DNA of 59,326 nucleotides, taken from positions 1 through 59,326 of the forward strand of contig QKEK01000186.1 in assembly GCA_003251775.1 (NCBI GenBank), in the 5' to 3' direction. Positions within the stretch are counted from its first letter, which is position 1. Each line of letters begins with the position of its first letter. The notes beneath the pieces were generated by a model. That model worked only from the letters and a program-made list of their open reading frames with translations, did no database searches and had not been told where the DNA came from. Below are positions 1 through 9,562 of the stretch, one piece after another. The stretch comes from Clostridia bacterium. Its GTDB lineage: Bacteria; Bacillota; Clostridia; DSM-8532; SZUA-474. The translations under genes were made by a program, and so were the position numbers.

Positions 1-755
1 ATTGAGCTCTCGTTCCTAACAAACGGCTTATCAAATACTGAGTTTAGGAAAATAGCTCTCTTTTCTCCCTCAATCAAAAACTGCACCTTATTTACGCCAT
101 CTAATTCTGTATATGTGTTAACGATAGAATCCAGAGTAATAAGCTCTCCTGCTGAACCACTGTTATTACCGCTAATAAATTCTTCTGTCAAATCAAGTAC
201 ACATGTCCCATTCTCTATTCTACCTGAAAGTAATTTTGCTGATTTGGGTATCATTGATACCAATTCCTTATCAGGAGTGTTTTTTAATAGCTCAAAAATA
301 TATTGTATATCTTTTACTTTATCGTTGTCAACTGTATATTCGTATCCAATAACTCCTACTGCCATTTTATCACCATAATAAACAATCAATTTGCTACTCT
401 CTGAAGTCCCCTTACTAGTCTCAGTAGTTTGCTTGCTACTCTCTGGAGTTTGCTTTGTGTCTAGCTGCCTTTGTGATTCATTATTGGCTTTATCAGTAGC
501 CTTATTTTCCTGACTTAAATTAGTATTTTCTAAATTATTAACCTTATTTTCGTCTTTATTATTTCCATCTTTTAGTTCAAGAGTTTGAGATTCTTCATTT
601 GATAGCCTTTGCTCATCATTTATAAAATATGACTGTACTACTTTAAAGGTTTTTACTGTATCGGAAATAATATGCTTTACATTTCCCTCAGCAATATAAT
701 ACCCTAACATTACTCCAAGTATAAATAATAGAAAAACTAAGCCCGCCTTTTTCAT
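1..755 (-). CDS. GerMN-domain protein with N-terminal membrane anchor (partial, runs off window start)
   Basis: Not in the ORF track; translated by hand. ATG at 755 after GGAG gives MKKAGLVFLLFILGVMLG, a low-complexity N/E/S/T linker, then VLDLTEEFISGNNSGSAGELITLDSIVNTYTELDGVNKVQFLIEG, typical of GerMN. No stop before position 1. Confidence 0.8.
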   Translation of the reverse strand, partial: MKKAGLVFLLFILGVMLGYYIAEGNVKHIISDTVKTFKVVQSYFINDEQRLSNEESQTLELKDGNNKDENKVNNLENTNLSQENKATDKANNESQRQLDTKQTPESSKQTTETSKGTSESSKLIVYYGDKMAVGVIGYEYTVDNDKVKDIQYIFELLKNTPDKELVSMIPKSAKLLSGRIENGTCVLDLTEEFISGNNSGSAGELITLDSIVNTYTELDGVNKVQFLIEGEKRAIFLNSVFDKPFVRNESS

Positions 756-804
756 TAAACTACTCCATTTATTTTAAACCATTGTGCTATATTAATGTAC
801 ACAG

Positions 805-833
805 GTATATGCTACACCAACATATATCTATGC
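805..833 (-). promoter_or_regulatory. Possible sporulation sigma (sigmaE-like) promoter for the GerMN gene
   Basis: Minus strand GCATA-N17-CATATAC, an imperfect match to the sigmaE/sigmaG-type consensus. Confidence 0.25.
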
Positions 834-1066
834 ACTTAAATCTCCTAAGTAAATTGTACAATAATTAGATACAGTATTTCAATGAAATTTTCTATTTTTA
901 ATAAATTTCTAATATGATAGTAAGCAATTCAGCCCCCATCAACAAATAGTTTCAAAATTAAAGTATATAATTTTTATTAAAAAGTGCCAAATAAGCTGAG
1001 AGACAGCATAAACACAACGGATACTGGTAACTATTCAGACAATAATTTTATATATGCTTTACTGTT

Positions 1067-1140
1067 GCTTTTAAGCACTTATATGAGGACTTGAGACTTA
1101 TTTGTTTATGTAGCAAGGCTTCATATAATTGCTTAAAAGC
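1067..1140. repeat. Palindromic element, internally deleted inverted copy of the element at 32388-32599
   Basis: Ends GCTTTTAAGCA...TGCTTAAAAGC form a perfect 11-bp IR. Arms match the reverse complement of the 32.4-32.6 kb element at 26/29 and 34/45 nt. Overlaps the cbiA stop codon. Confidence 0.8.
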
Positions 1141-2536
1141 TAACTTCATACCCATAGCATTTTTTCATAAAATGACGAGCAAATTGAATGTTTGAATAAA
1201 AATGAATATGTGCATACGCTGCAAGAACATTTTTATATTTATAGCCACAGCTCCAGCTTTTTTTAGTATTTGCAGCCTTGCTTACCTGATAGACTCGCTC
1301 AATCTCAGCATTCATATCTATATTTGAGTGATGAAATTCATGTGCTTTAAGTGAGATTTCTTTTTCCATATAATCAACATTAACATATCCAAAGCGTTGA
1401 AGCTTTTTTGTCATAAAGCTTTTCCCTGGAAAAACTCCAGCCATATTATAGCAACAGCCATCAAGAGTCTTTATTTCCTCACAAAGATACATAAGTCCCC
1501 CACATTCCGCATATATAGGCATATCACTCTCAGCGGCAGATTTTATGTTCTCTAGCATCTTTTTGTTTTCTGACAATTCTTTTGCAAACACCTCGGGAAA
1601 ACCACCACCAAGCATAATTCCAGATATATTATCTGGAAGAGCGGCATCCTTAAGAGGGCTGAAGTATATAATCTCAGCTCCCATTTCCTCAAGCAGGTCA
1701 ATATTATCCTGATAATAAAAATTAAAAGCCTTATCCATTGCTATCGCAATTCGTAGTGTCGAGTTTTTTTGTGGTACTCTATTTGTATCTATTAAAGGCA
1801 TATCAACAAGAGGGAAAAGCTCAGGCTTTTGGTAGACCAGTTCACCAGAGTTTCTGGCGATATCAAGCAACGAAGGAATATCAAAGGAATGCTCAATTTG
1901 TTCAACCAACAGCTCAAGCCTTTTATCAAGCACATCAAGCTCCTCTGCTGGCACCAAGCCTAAATGCCGACTTTCTAGGGCATACTCACATTTTTGAGGT
2001 AGGTATCCGCAGACCTTAATTTTGCAATGCTCCTCAACTATTTTTTTAAGATGAAGATACAAGGCTTCTGAATTAACATTGTTAAGTATAACGCCCTCAA
2101 CCCTTAAATCTGAGTGAAAATCCATGAAGCCCTTAATCACGGCTGCAATGCTTAGCGACATACCCTTGGCATTGACAACAAGAATTATCGGTACATCAAG
2201 AAGAACAGATACATGAGCTGTGCTCCCAGTAATGCTATTACCTCCAAGTCCGTCATATAGTCCCATTACCCCCTCTATCACCGAGATATCAGCCTTAGCA
2301 TTACTCTTTTCATAAAGATATTTAACCACATCTCCCTCAAGCAAAAAGCTATCTAGATTTCTGGAGGCATTGCCAGTAACATGCTTATGAAACATCGGGT
2401 CAATATAATCTGGCCCTACCTTATAGGACTGCACCTTTAAGCCCCTTATAACAAGTGCTTTTAATAATCCCATAGTAACAGTTGTCTTTCCACACCCGCT
2501 ATTTGTAGCTGCTATGATAATGCCTGGTCTTTTCAC
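1133..2536 (-). CDS. cbiA: Cobyrinate a,c-diamide synthase
   Basis: SGCGKTT P-loop, KVGPDYID, EGVMGLYDG, SRHLGL, GATase motif AECGG. Confidence 0.95.
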   Translation of the reverse strand: MKRPGIIIAATNSGCGKTTVTMGLLKALVIRGLKVQSYKVGPDYIDPMFHKHVTGNASRNLDSFLLEGDVVKYLYEKSNAKADISVIEGVMGLYDGLGGNSITGSTAHVSVLLDVPIILVVNAKGMSLSIAAVIKGFMDFHSDLRVEGVILNNVNSEALYLHLKKIVEEHCKIKVCGYLPQKCEYALESRHLGLVPAEELDVLDKRLELLVEQIEHSFDIPSLLDIARNSGELVYQKPELFPLVDMPLIDTNRVPQKNSTLRIAIAMDKAFNFYYQDNIDLLEEMGAEIIYFSPLKDAALPDNISGIMLGGGFPEVFAKELSENKKMLENIKSAAESDMPIYAECGGLMYLCEEIKTLDGCCYNMAGVFPGKSFMTKKLQRFGYVNVDYMEKEISLKAHEFHHSNIDMNAEIERVYQVSKAANTKKSWSCGYKYKNVLAAYAHIHFYSNIQFARHFMKKCYGYEVSF

Positions 2537-2601
2537 GCTTTTTTGCCTCCTTTATAGCATACTTCATTTAGGTTTGCCTCATATGTGCTATTATTTGTTT
2601 A

Positions 2602-2961
2602 TTATATAGCGTTCACACGATCAATTATAATGTCTGCAATCCTTGAATCATCTCCTATGTGCTTTGCCATAAGTATTTCAATATTGGGGTATTTTTTCTT
2701 AATAGCCTCTAATTCATTTGGAATATCCTCTGTAACATGTACACCATCGAATAAAAACATGGGCATTACCTTAATTATGATTGCTCCCATTTCAACAAGC
2801 TTATTAATACCTACCTCTAGATTTTGCTCTGAGAATTGCAGATAAGCAGAGGCGATTAATCTTCTACCTGTTTTTTCAATAACCTTATTAGTCAATGAGT
2901 CTAATATCCTTTCAGTTTCAACCTTTTTACTCCCATGAGCTAATATTAATATTCCTTCCAT
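2602..2961 (-). CDS. cbiX: Small sirohydrochlorin cobaltochelatase (CbiX/SirB single domain)
   Basis: LAHGS and PMFLFDGVHVTEDIP motifs with two His; ~119 aa; ATG at 2961 after AAGGA. Confidence 0.85.
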   Translation of the reverse strand: MEGILILAHGSKKVETERILDSLTNKVIEKTGRRLIASAYLQFSEQNLEVGINKLVEMGAIIIKVMPMFLFDGVHVTEDIPNELEAIKKKYPNIEILMAKHIGDDSRIADIIIDRVNAI

Positions 2962-2963
2962 AT

Positions 2964-4271
2964 TCAACTTCCTTTCATTTTTGCTTTTATTCTCTTTAAA
3001 TTACTCTTTATAGCCTTTATAGTCTCACCTATATCCTCTTCACTATGTGCTTCTGACACAAACATAGCCTCATAACGGCTTGGTGCTAAGTAAATACCAT
3101 CCTCAAGCATATATTTAAAGTATTGATTAAACACCACTGCGTCTGAGCTTGAGGCAGATTCAAAATCAACAACCTTCTTGTTTGTAAAAAACGGATTTAG
3201 CAATGAGCCTACACAATTCACCACAAGAGGTATGTCATATTCCCCTGCCGCCTCTATGAATGCATTCTCCAGCTGTTTCGCCTTTGCGTTTAAGGAGTCA
3301 TAAATCTTCGGATTATTCTTTAGTACTCTTAACGTAGCTATACCAGCCGCCATTGCTACTGGATTACCTGATAGCGTACCAGCCTGATATACTGGTCCCA
3401 CGGGTGAAATCAAGTCCATAATTCTTTTACTTCCACCATATGCACCAACAGGCATCCCTCCACCAATTATCTTACCAAAAACTGATAAATCGGGGGTTAT
3501 GTTAAAATATCCCTGTGCCCCGCTATAACCTAATCTAAAACCAGTGATAACCTCATCAAAAATCAGTAACGCACCATATTGTGCCGTCAATTCACGTAAC
3601 CCTTTTAAAAAGCCTTCTTGCGGAGGTACAACTCCCATATTGCCAACAACAGGCTCAATAATCACTGCTGCTATCTCTTCTCCACATGCCTTAAATATAC
3701 CCTCTACCTGATCAATTTTATTATAGGTGGCAGTTAAGGTGTTTTTCGCATAGTCCTTTGGAACGCCAGAGCTATCAGGCTCTCCAAAGGTCAAGGCTCC
3801 CGAGCCTGCTTTAACCAGTAGTCCATCTGAATGCCCATGATAGCACCCCTCAAACTTCAGAATTTTATCCCTCCCTGTAAATCCACGTGCTAGTCTTATA
3901 GCACTCATTACGGCTTCTGTTCCAGAGCTGACCATTCTAACCTTCTCAACTGATGGCACTGCTTCACAAATCATCTCTGCAAGTACCACCTCCCTTTCTG
4001 TAGGTGCTCCGAAGCTTGTCCCCTCCTGTGCAGCAATAGTAATCTCTTCTATAATCTCCTCACGTGCGTGTCCCAAAATCATAGGTCCCCATGAACAAAT
4101 ATAATCTATATACTTATTTCCATCTACATCGTAGACACAAGCTCCTTTTGCACGCTTAATAAATGGTGGTGTCATACCAACCGCTCTAAATGCTCTAACA
4201 GGGCTGTTCACCCCTCCTGGAATTACTTCTAATGCACGTTCAAATAAGTCCCTTGAAATTCTAGTCTCCAT
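2964..4271 (-). CDS. hemL: Glutamate-1-semialdehyde 2,1-aminomutase
   Basis: IPGGVNSPVRAF, FEGCYHGH, FDEVITGFR, GKIIGGGMP, YQAGTLSGNP. Confidence 0.97.
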   Translation of the reverse strand: METRISRDLFERALEVIPGGVNSPVRAFRAVGMTPPFIKRAKGACVYDVDGNKYIDYICSWGPMILGHAREEIIEEITIAAQEGTSFGAPTEREVVLAEMICEAVPSVEKVRMVSSGTEAVMSAIRLARGFTGRDKILKFEGCYHGHSDGLLVKAGSGALTFGEPDSSGVPKDYAKNTLTATYNKIDQVEGIFKACGEEIAAVIIEPVVGNMGVVPPQEGFLKGLRELTAQYGALLIFDEVITGFRLGYSGAQGYFNITPDLSVFGKIIGGGMPVGAYGGSKRIMDLISPVGPVYQAGTLSGNPVAMAAGIATLRVLKNNPKIYDSLNAKAKQLENAFIEAAGEYDIPLVVNCVGSLLNPFFTNKKVVDFESASSSDAVVFNQYFKYMLEDGIYLAPSRYEAMFVSEAHSEEDIGETIKAIKSNLKRIKAKMKGS

Positions 4272-4297
4272 ATGGTCACCTTCCCTTAACTTAATCC

Positions 4298-4408
4298 CTT
4301 AGCTCTTCTTATCTCGTAAAAATTCCTTTGCTCTTCTTGCCTCTCTTAACTCATTTGCTCATCTTGCCTCTCTTAACTCATTTGCTCTTCTTGCCTCATC
4401 TTAATTCC
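4298..4408. repeat. 27-bp tandem repeat (VNTR), ~4 copies
   Basis: TTTGCTCTTCTTGCCTCTCTTAACTCA at 4327 and 4354 (1 mismatch), at 4381 (+1 nt), and a degenerate copy at ~4298. Confidence 0.9.
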
Positions 4409-5388
4409 TTTAATCCATAAGCCTCTTCCCTAAGCCATCTAGCAATATCCTTTGAATAATAAGTAATAATAATATCTGCTCCTGCTCTCTTCATTGAAAT
4501 AACACATTCCATAACTGCTTTTTTCTCATCAAGCCAACCTTTTTCAACTGCAGCCTTAATCATTGCATACTCACCACTTACATGATATGCGGCTATTGGT
4601 ATATAAAAATGGTGATCTATTTCATTTATAATATCCAGATAAGAAAGTGCAGGCTTAACCATAATAATATCTGCTCCCTCTTCTATATCAAGCTCAACCT
4701 CTCTAATGGCTTCCTTCTTATTACAGTAGTCCATCTGATATGTCTTTCTATCTCCAAATGAAGGTGCAGATTGTGCCGCCTCTCTAAATGGAGAATAGAA
4801 TGAGGAGGCATACTTTGCACTATATGACATAATAGCAACATCCGTATATCCATGTTTATCCATACCATTTCGGATAGCTTTAACCCTACCGTCCATCATA
4901 TCTGAGGGTGCAATTATATCAGCTCCTGCTCTAGCATAGCTAATAGCTGACTTTACTAGCAGCTCAACCGTCTCATCATTTAAAATCTTATTATCCTTTA
5001 TAACACCACAATGACCATGGCTGGTATACTCACACAAACATACATCAGCAGCTACCAGTAATTCTGGATGCCTTTCCTTTACCGCCTTAATTGCTCTTTG
5101 AATTAATCCATCAGGGTTATAACACTCTGAACCTGATAAATCCTTTTTATTGGTTACACCAAACAAAAGAATCGCTGGTATCCCTAATTGTATAACCTCA
5201 TCTAGTTCTATAAGCAGCGTATCTATTGAAAAATGGTATACACCAGGCATAGAAGAAATCTCATTAACAACACCTTTTCCCTCAACCACAAAAAGTGGAT
5301 AAATAAGATTCTCGGCTGTAAGTCTTGTTTCTCTTACTAACGCCCGCATACCATCATTCACTCTTAATCTACGTGGTCTCTTTACCAT
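4396..5388 (-). CDS. hemB: Porphobilinogen synthase (Zn-dependent type)
   Basis: [34 protein letters not shown]. Confidence 0.97.
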   Translation of the reverse strand: MVKRPRRLRVNDGMRALVRETRLTAENLIYPLFVVEGKGVVNEISSMPGVYHFSIDTLLIELDEVIQLGIPAILLFGVTNKKDLSGSECYNPDGLIQRAIKAVKERHPELLVAADVCLCEYTSHGHCGVIKDNKILNDETVELLVKSAISYARAGADIIAPSDMMDGRVKAIRNGMDKHGYTDVAIMSYSAKYASSFYSPFREAAQSAPSFGDRKTYQMDYCNKKEAIREVELDIEEGADIIMVKPALSYLDIINEIDHHFYIPIAAYHVSGEYAMIKAAVEKGWLDEKKAVMECVISMKRAGADIIITYYSKDIARWLREEAYGLKELR

Positions 5389-5477
5389 TTCTCCACCCCT
5401 TTTTAATACTCTAAAAACAATAATCTTCCTAAGCTACCCGTTATCTCTAATAGCATCGCCTCGCCAGCTTAGGCATC

Positions 5478-7007
5478 CTATTCCTTATCATACAGCTTTT
5501 TAACAAGTCCGTCTATAGTGTATTCATCTGCAATTCGACTCACCATAATTCCTTGTTCTTGTGCCGTTTTTGCCGTCACCTTGCCAATACATACAACTTC
5601 AATCCCCTTAAGTAACTGCATCCCTTCACTGCCTATAGCTTTAACAAAATTAATAACAGTTGACGAGCTGGTAAAGGTTATAAAGTTTATACTTCCTTCC
5701 TCAAGTAGCTTAACTATTTCTTGCTTGTTTTGTGCATCAATTTCAGTTTTGTAAACCACTATATCATTAACTAATATTCCTTTATTTATAAGCCCACTGT
5801 AGAGCTCCTTGCTAGCAATATCTGCTCTTGCCATTAGAACCCTTTCACCCTTAGAAACGTGCTTTAGCATTAGCTCTAATAGTGCCTCAGTAGTATAACT
5901 TTCAGGCATTAAGTCAACAGTTAGCCCTAATTCATTTAAGGCTTCAGCTGTTGAAGCCCCAACTGCACATATTTTAATATTTACCAAAGTACGAATATCA
6001 AGCTTCTTCTGCCTCATCCTATTAAAAAAAGCTTTGACTCCATTTACGCTTGTGAAGGCTACCCAGCTATAATTCTTAATGCCATTAAGTGCATTATCGA
6101 AGCTTTCATAATCCTCTGGCTCTGCAATCTTTATTGTAGGAAACTCTATAGCTTCCCCTCCTAATTCCTCTATCCTTGCTATAAGCTGACTTGCTTGTTC
6201 CCTTGCACGGGTTACTAATACTCGTTTGCCTCCTAGTGGCCCGTATGGATACCACCTTAAGCTATCCTTAAGCTTTACAACCTCACCAATAATAATAATC
6301 GCTGGAGACTTAACATCTTCCCTTTGTGCTATTGCTTCAATTGTATCAAGTGTACCAGATATAGTACGCTGTTCATTCGTAGTTCCCTTTTCTATTAATG
6401 CAACTGGAGTCTTCGCACTTTTTCCATACACCATAAGCTTACTTGTAATCTCTGGAAGATTTTTTACCCCCATTAGAAAAACCAGTGTTCCTGTAAGCTT
6501 TGCCAATACCTCAAAGTCTAATATACTTTCTTCCTTCTCTGGTCTTTCATGCCCTGTAATTACATGAAACGAGGAACAAATGTCTCTGTGGGTCACTGGA
6601 ATACCAGCATATGCTGGTACTGATATTGCTGAGGTTACACCAGGGATAATTTCAAATGAGATGCCTTCCTTGACCAGAGCTTCTGCCTCTTCTCCACCTC
6701 TTCCAAACACAAAAGGGTCTCCCCCCTTTACTCTAGCTACACATTTACCCTCAAGTGCTTTCTGTACTAATATTTTGTTTATTTCCTCCTGCGGCACTAT
6801 ATGCTTATCAGGCATTTTCCCAACAAAAATAAACTCAGCATCAGCCTTAGCAAGGTGTTTTATCTTACTGCTTCCCAGCCTGTCATATACTATAACATCT
6901 GCTAATCCTATACACTCCACTGCCTTTAGGGTCATTAATTTATAATCACCAGGACCAGTTCCAATTATATAGACCTTGCCTACTTTCATATTCATATATG
7001 TATCCAT
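5478..7007 (-). CDS. cobA: Uroporphyrinogen-III C-methyltransferase / uroporphyrinogen-III synthase fusion (CobA-HemD)
   Basis: GTGPGD, KGGDPFVFGRGGEE, then a HemD domain (VLVTRA, FTSVNGV, FTSSSTV). Confidence 0.95.
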   Translation of the reverse strand: MDTYMNMKVGKVYIIGTGPGDYKLMTLKAVECIGLADVIVYDRLGSSKIKHLAKADAEFIFVGKMPDKHIVPQEEINKILVQKALEGKCVARVKGGDPFVFGRGGEEAEALVKEGISFEIIPGVTSAISVPAYAGIPVTHRDICSSFHVITGHERPEKEESILDFEVLAKLTGTLVFLMGVKNLPEITSKLMVYGKSAKTPVALIEKGTTNEQRTISGTLDTIEAIAQREDVKSPAIIIIGEVVKLKDSLRWYPYGPLGGKRVLVTRAREQASQLIARIEELGGEAIEFPTIKIAEPEDYESFDNALNGIKNYSWVAFTSVNGVKAFFNRMRQKKLDIRTLVNIKICAVGASTAEALNELGLTVDLMPESYTTEALLELMLKHVSKGERVLMARADIASKELYSGLINKGILVNDIVVYKTEIDAQNKQEIVKLLEEGSINFITFTSSSTVINFVKAIGSEGMQLLKGIEVVCIGKVTAKTAQEQGIMVSRIADEYTIDGLVKKLYDKE

Positions 7008-7016
7008 TCCTTTCCT

Positions 7017-7934
7017 TCAGCCTTTTTCTCCATGTGCTTCCGATTTTACCTTTAGTAGCCTTTTTGCCAGTTCTTTTCCTAATTGCTCCGCCTGACTGTT
7101 TTCTCCTGTTATATGCCCCTTAAAAAGCCTATCCATCTCCTCACTTGCAAGCATCCCTGAAAGCTTTAGCTGACTGCCTTCTACTACTGCATATGCGGCA
7201 ATGGGTGTACTACATCCTCCGTTAAGCTCTATCATAAAAGCCCTTTCTGCCTTAACTGATAGTGCAGCTTCCTGACAGTAGATGCTATCATACAAATAAT
7301 CTATATCCTCATGCTTCCTTGTTTCCACACATAAAACCCCTTGACCAACAGCAGGAATCATCTCCTCAGTACTAAAAAAGCTCATATGATGCTTATGTAA
7401 AAGCTCTAATCTCTTTAAGCCAGCTGTTGCTAATACTATCCCATCATAATCCCCACTTATGAGCTTATTAAGTCTTGTAATTACGTTTCCCCTCAAGGTC
7501 TTTATTCGAAAATCTCTTCTAATATCAAGCAACTGTACCTCTCTCCTGACGCTACTTGTACCAATAATACTACCCTTCCTTAATGAGTTAACACTTATAT
7601 CCTCCATTGTTACAAGCACATCCCTAGGATCTTCTCTTTTTGATACTATTTCTATAGTCAAACCCTCTGGCAATTCTGCGGGCATGTCCTTCATGCTATG
7701 AACAGCAATATCTATATCTCCATTTAACAGTGCCTGCTCTAGCTCCTTAATAAACAGACCTTTGCCACCAATCTTGTCTAAACGGGTATCAAGTATTCTG
7801 TCACCCTGTGTTTTTATCTTAACAATCTCAAAATGAAGCTCGGGGTACTTTTTATGAATCTCCTTTAAAACCCAGTTAGTTTGAGTTACCGCCAACGCAC
7901 TTTCCCGAGTTCCTACCTTTATTACCTTTTTCAT
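7017..7934 (-). CDS. hemC: Hydroxymethylbilane synthase (porphobilinogen deaminase)
   Basis: GTRESALA, GKGLFIKE, VHSMKD, GTSSVRR, GGCSTP. Start moved to ATG 7934 after AAGGA. Confidence 0.96.
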   Translation of the reverse strand: MKKVIKVGTRESALAVTQTNWVLKEIHKKYPELHFEIVKIKTQGDRILDTRLDKIGGKGLFIKELEQALLNGDIDIAVHSMKDMPAELPEGLTIEIVSKREDPRDVLVTMEDISVNSLRKGSIIGTSSVRREVQLLDIRRDFRIKTLRGNVITRLNKLISGDYDGIVLATAGLKRLELLHKHHMSFFSTEEMIPAVGQGVLCVETRKHEDIDYLYDSIYCQEAALSVKAERAFMIELNGGCSTPIAAYAVVEGSQLKLSGMLASEEMDRLFKGHITGENSQAEQLGKELAKRLLKVKSEAHGEKG

Positions 7935-7984
7935 ATTTATACTCATTCCTTTCTTCAGGCACAAATCTAGGTTGAAAGAAAATC
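7932..7984 (-). repeat. 53-bp RBS-containing cassette, copy 1 (hemC start)
   Basis: 47/53 identical to 16757-16809. Confidence 0.9.
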
Positions 7985-8061
7985 ATAAATTTACACCTTC
8001 TCTATTTAAATCATTTTAATTGGTCATTTTCTTTCAACCCTTTAAATCCCCCTAATCATGC

Positions 8062-8649
8062 TTATTTATCACTCTCATTTTGAAATACTTCATTTTTTCT
8101 TATAATATCTTCAAGCCTTTGTTTTTTCAATAAAGCGTTTCCCTCACCCTTTAATATATCCTTACGCTCAGTTTTTAGGACTTTAAGCTTCTCACTAATT
8201 AATTCAGGCAGCATACCCTCTATTTTTTCACGTATTGCTTTTGATAGTGCAGGAAATCCCCCAGATGTAGAAATTCCTATAACCAGCTCATCCCTTTTAA
8301 CAACCGATGGAAAAATAAATGTACATTTATCTGGAGCATCTGCTACATTAACCAAGCAATTTTTTTCAACAGCAAGCTTGTGTATGCTTTCATTTACCCT
8401 TTTATCAGAGGTTGCTGCAATAGCAATAAAGGCATTCTCCAGTGCCTCTGGATAAAAAGTGCTCTCAATATATGTGATGCTCCCTTTTTGAATAAGCATA
8501 GCCAGCTTGTCACTAATATCCGGACTTACGACTACTATATTATCACAAAACTGTAGTAATGTTTCAGTTTTTCTCGTAGCAACCCTACCACCACCAACCA
8601 CAACACATTTTTTATTCTTCAAATCTACAAATAAAGGGAAAGTTGCCAT
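8062..8649 (-). CDS. sirC: Precorrin-2 dehydrogenase (SirC/CysG N-terminal, Met8-like)
   Basis: FPLFVDL, VVGGGRVATRK Rossmann motif, VNVADAP, ISTSG. TGATG coupling to cbiJ. Confidence 0.88.
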   Translation of the reverse strand: MATFPLFVDLKNKKCVVVGGGRVATRKTETLLQFCDNIVVVSPDISDKLAMLIQKGSITYIESTFYPEALENAFIAIAATSDKRVNESIHKLAVEKNCLVNVADAPDKCTFIFPSVVKRDELVIGISTSGGFPALSKAIREKIEGMLPELISEKLKVLKTERKDILKGEGNALLKKQRLEDIIRKNEVFQNESDK

Positions 8650-9419
8650 CAATATACCTCCCTTATGAATTTAAGTATACCCTCAAATTCACTTGTAATA
8701 TTTGAATAGCTAAGCTGTGGACGTTCTAGCATAATTACAGGTAGCTTCAATTTTTCTGCCGCTGAAATCTTTTCCATAGTACCTCCTGCCTCTCCACTAT
8801 TTTTCATTACCAATACCTTAGCATCAGTCTGTCTTAGCATTTCTATATTCAAGGCTTCAGTAAACGGTCCCTTCATTGCAATAATATTTTTTGCTGATAA
8901 GCCAAAGCCCTCACATTTTTCAAGAACCTTACTATCAGGTAACACTCTTGCAAAAATCCGCTCCTTAAAAGCATAAATATTTCTTGTGTAAACCTCAATA
9001 GAATTACTTCCTATCGTTAAAAAAATATTTCCTTGCACAGAATCAGCCTCACTAGCAGCTTCCTCATGGCTCTTTACCCTTATAAGCTCAGTTTTATATT
9101 CAGTAACTTCATTTCTCTCATATCGTATATACGGTATCCCTGCTACCTTAGCCGCTTTCATAGCATTCTCAGAAACAAGCATAGCAAAAGGATGTGAAGC
9201 GTCAACAAGACAGTTTATATTACTATTAAGAATTAACGCTAGCATATCTTCATAATTTAGCTTACCAGTTATAATGTCTAGCCCTTCATGAATAGTCAAC
9301 AGATTTTTACCAAACTCTGTTGTAACTGTGGCAAATACCCTTGCTCCTTCTCTTAGCAGTTTGTCTATAATATGCCTTGAATCAACAGTACCTCCGACAA
9401 CCAATACATTTTTTGTCAC
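8649..9419 (-). CDS. cbiJ: Cobalt-precorrin-6A reductase
   Basis: GGTVDS, VDASHPFA, RYER, ARVLP, AMKGPF, KNSG. Confidence 0.93.
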   Translation of the reverse strand: MTKNVLVVGGTVDSRHIIDKLLREGARVFATVTTEFGKNLLTIHEGLDIITGKLNYEDMLALILNSNINCLVDASHPFAMLVSENAMKAAKVAGIPYIRYERNEVTEYKTELIRVKSHEEAASEADSVQGNIFLTIGSNSIEVYTRNIYAFKERIFARVLPDSKVLEKCEGFGLSAKNIIAMKGPFTEALNIEMLRQTDAKVLVMKNSGEAGGTMEKISAAEKLKLPVIMLERPQLSYSNITSEFEGILKFIREVY

Positions 9420-9562
9420 GTTCTCACCCCACCTACTACTTGTTACTAGTTTATATATGCTTCTATATACTCAACACTATTTTACTATTTAAAATATATG
9501 TGAGTATATAGCGTTTTTGTATATTTATATATAAATATATTTTTGAATAATCATACACTATT

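Noticed and set aside
115-378. 87-aa plus-strand ORF
   Set aside because: Antisense shadow of the GerMN gene on the minus strand.
391-445. TTGCTACTCTCTG repeated 42 bp apart in the GerMN gene
   Set aside because: Ordinary in-frame duplication (ESSK) within a low-complexity linker.
4298-4408. 27-bp repeats as a CRISPR array
   Set aside because: Head-to-tail units with no spacers and no cas genes.
7935-7964. MCLKKGMSIN / MCLKEGININ extensions on HemC and CbiD as a shared targeting peptide
   Set aside because: Explained by the duplicated DNA cassette. The SD lies inside it, and the TTG has no SD of its own.
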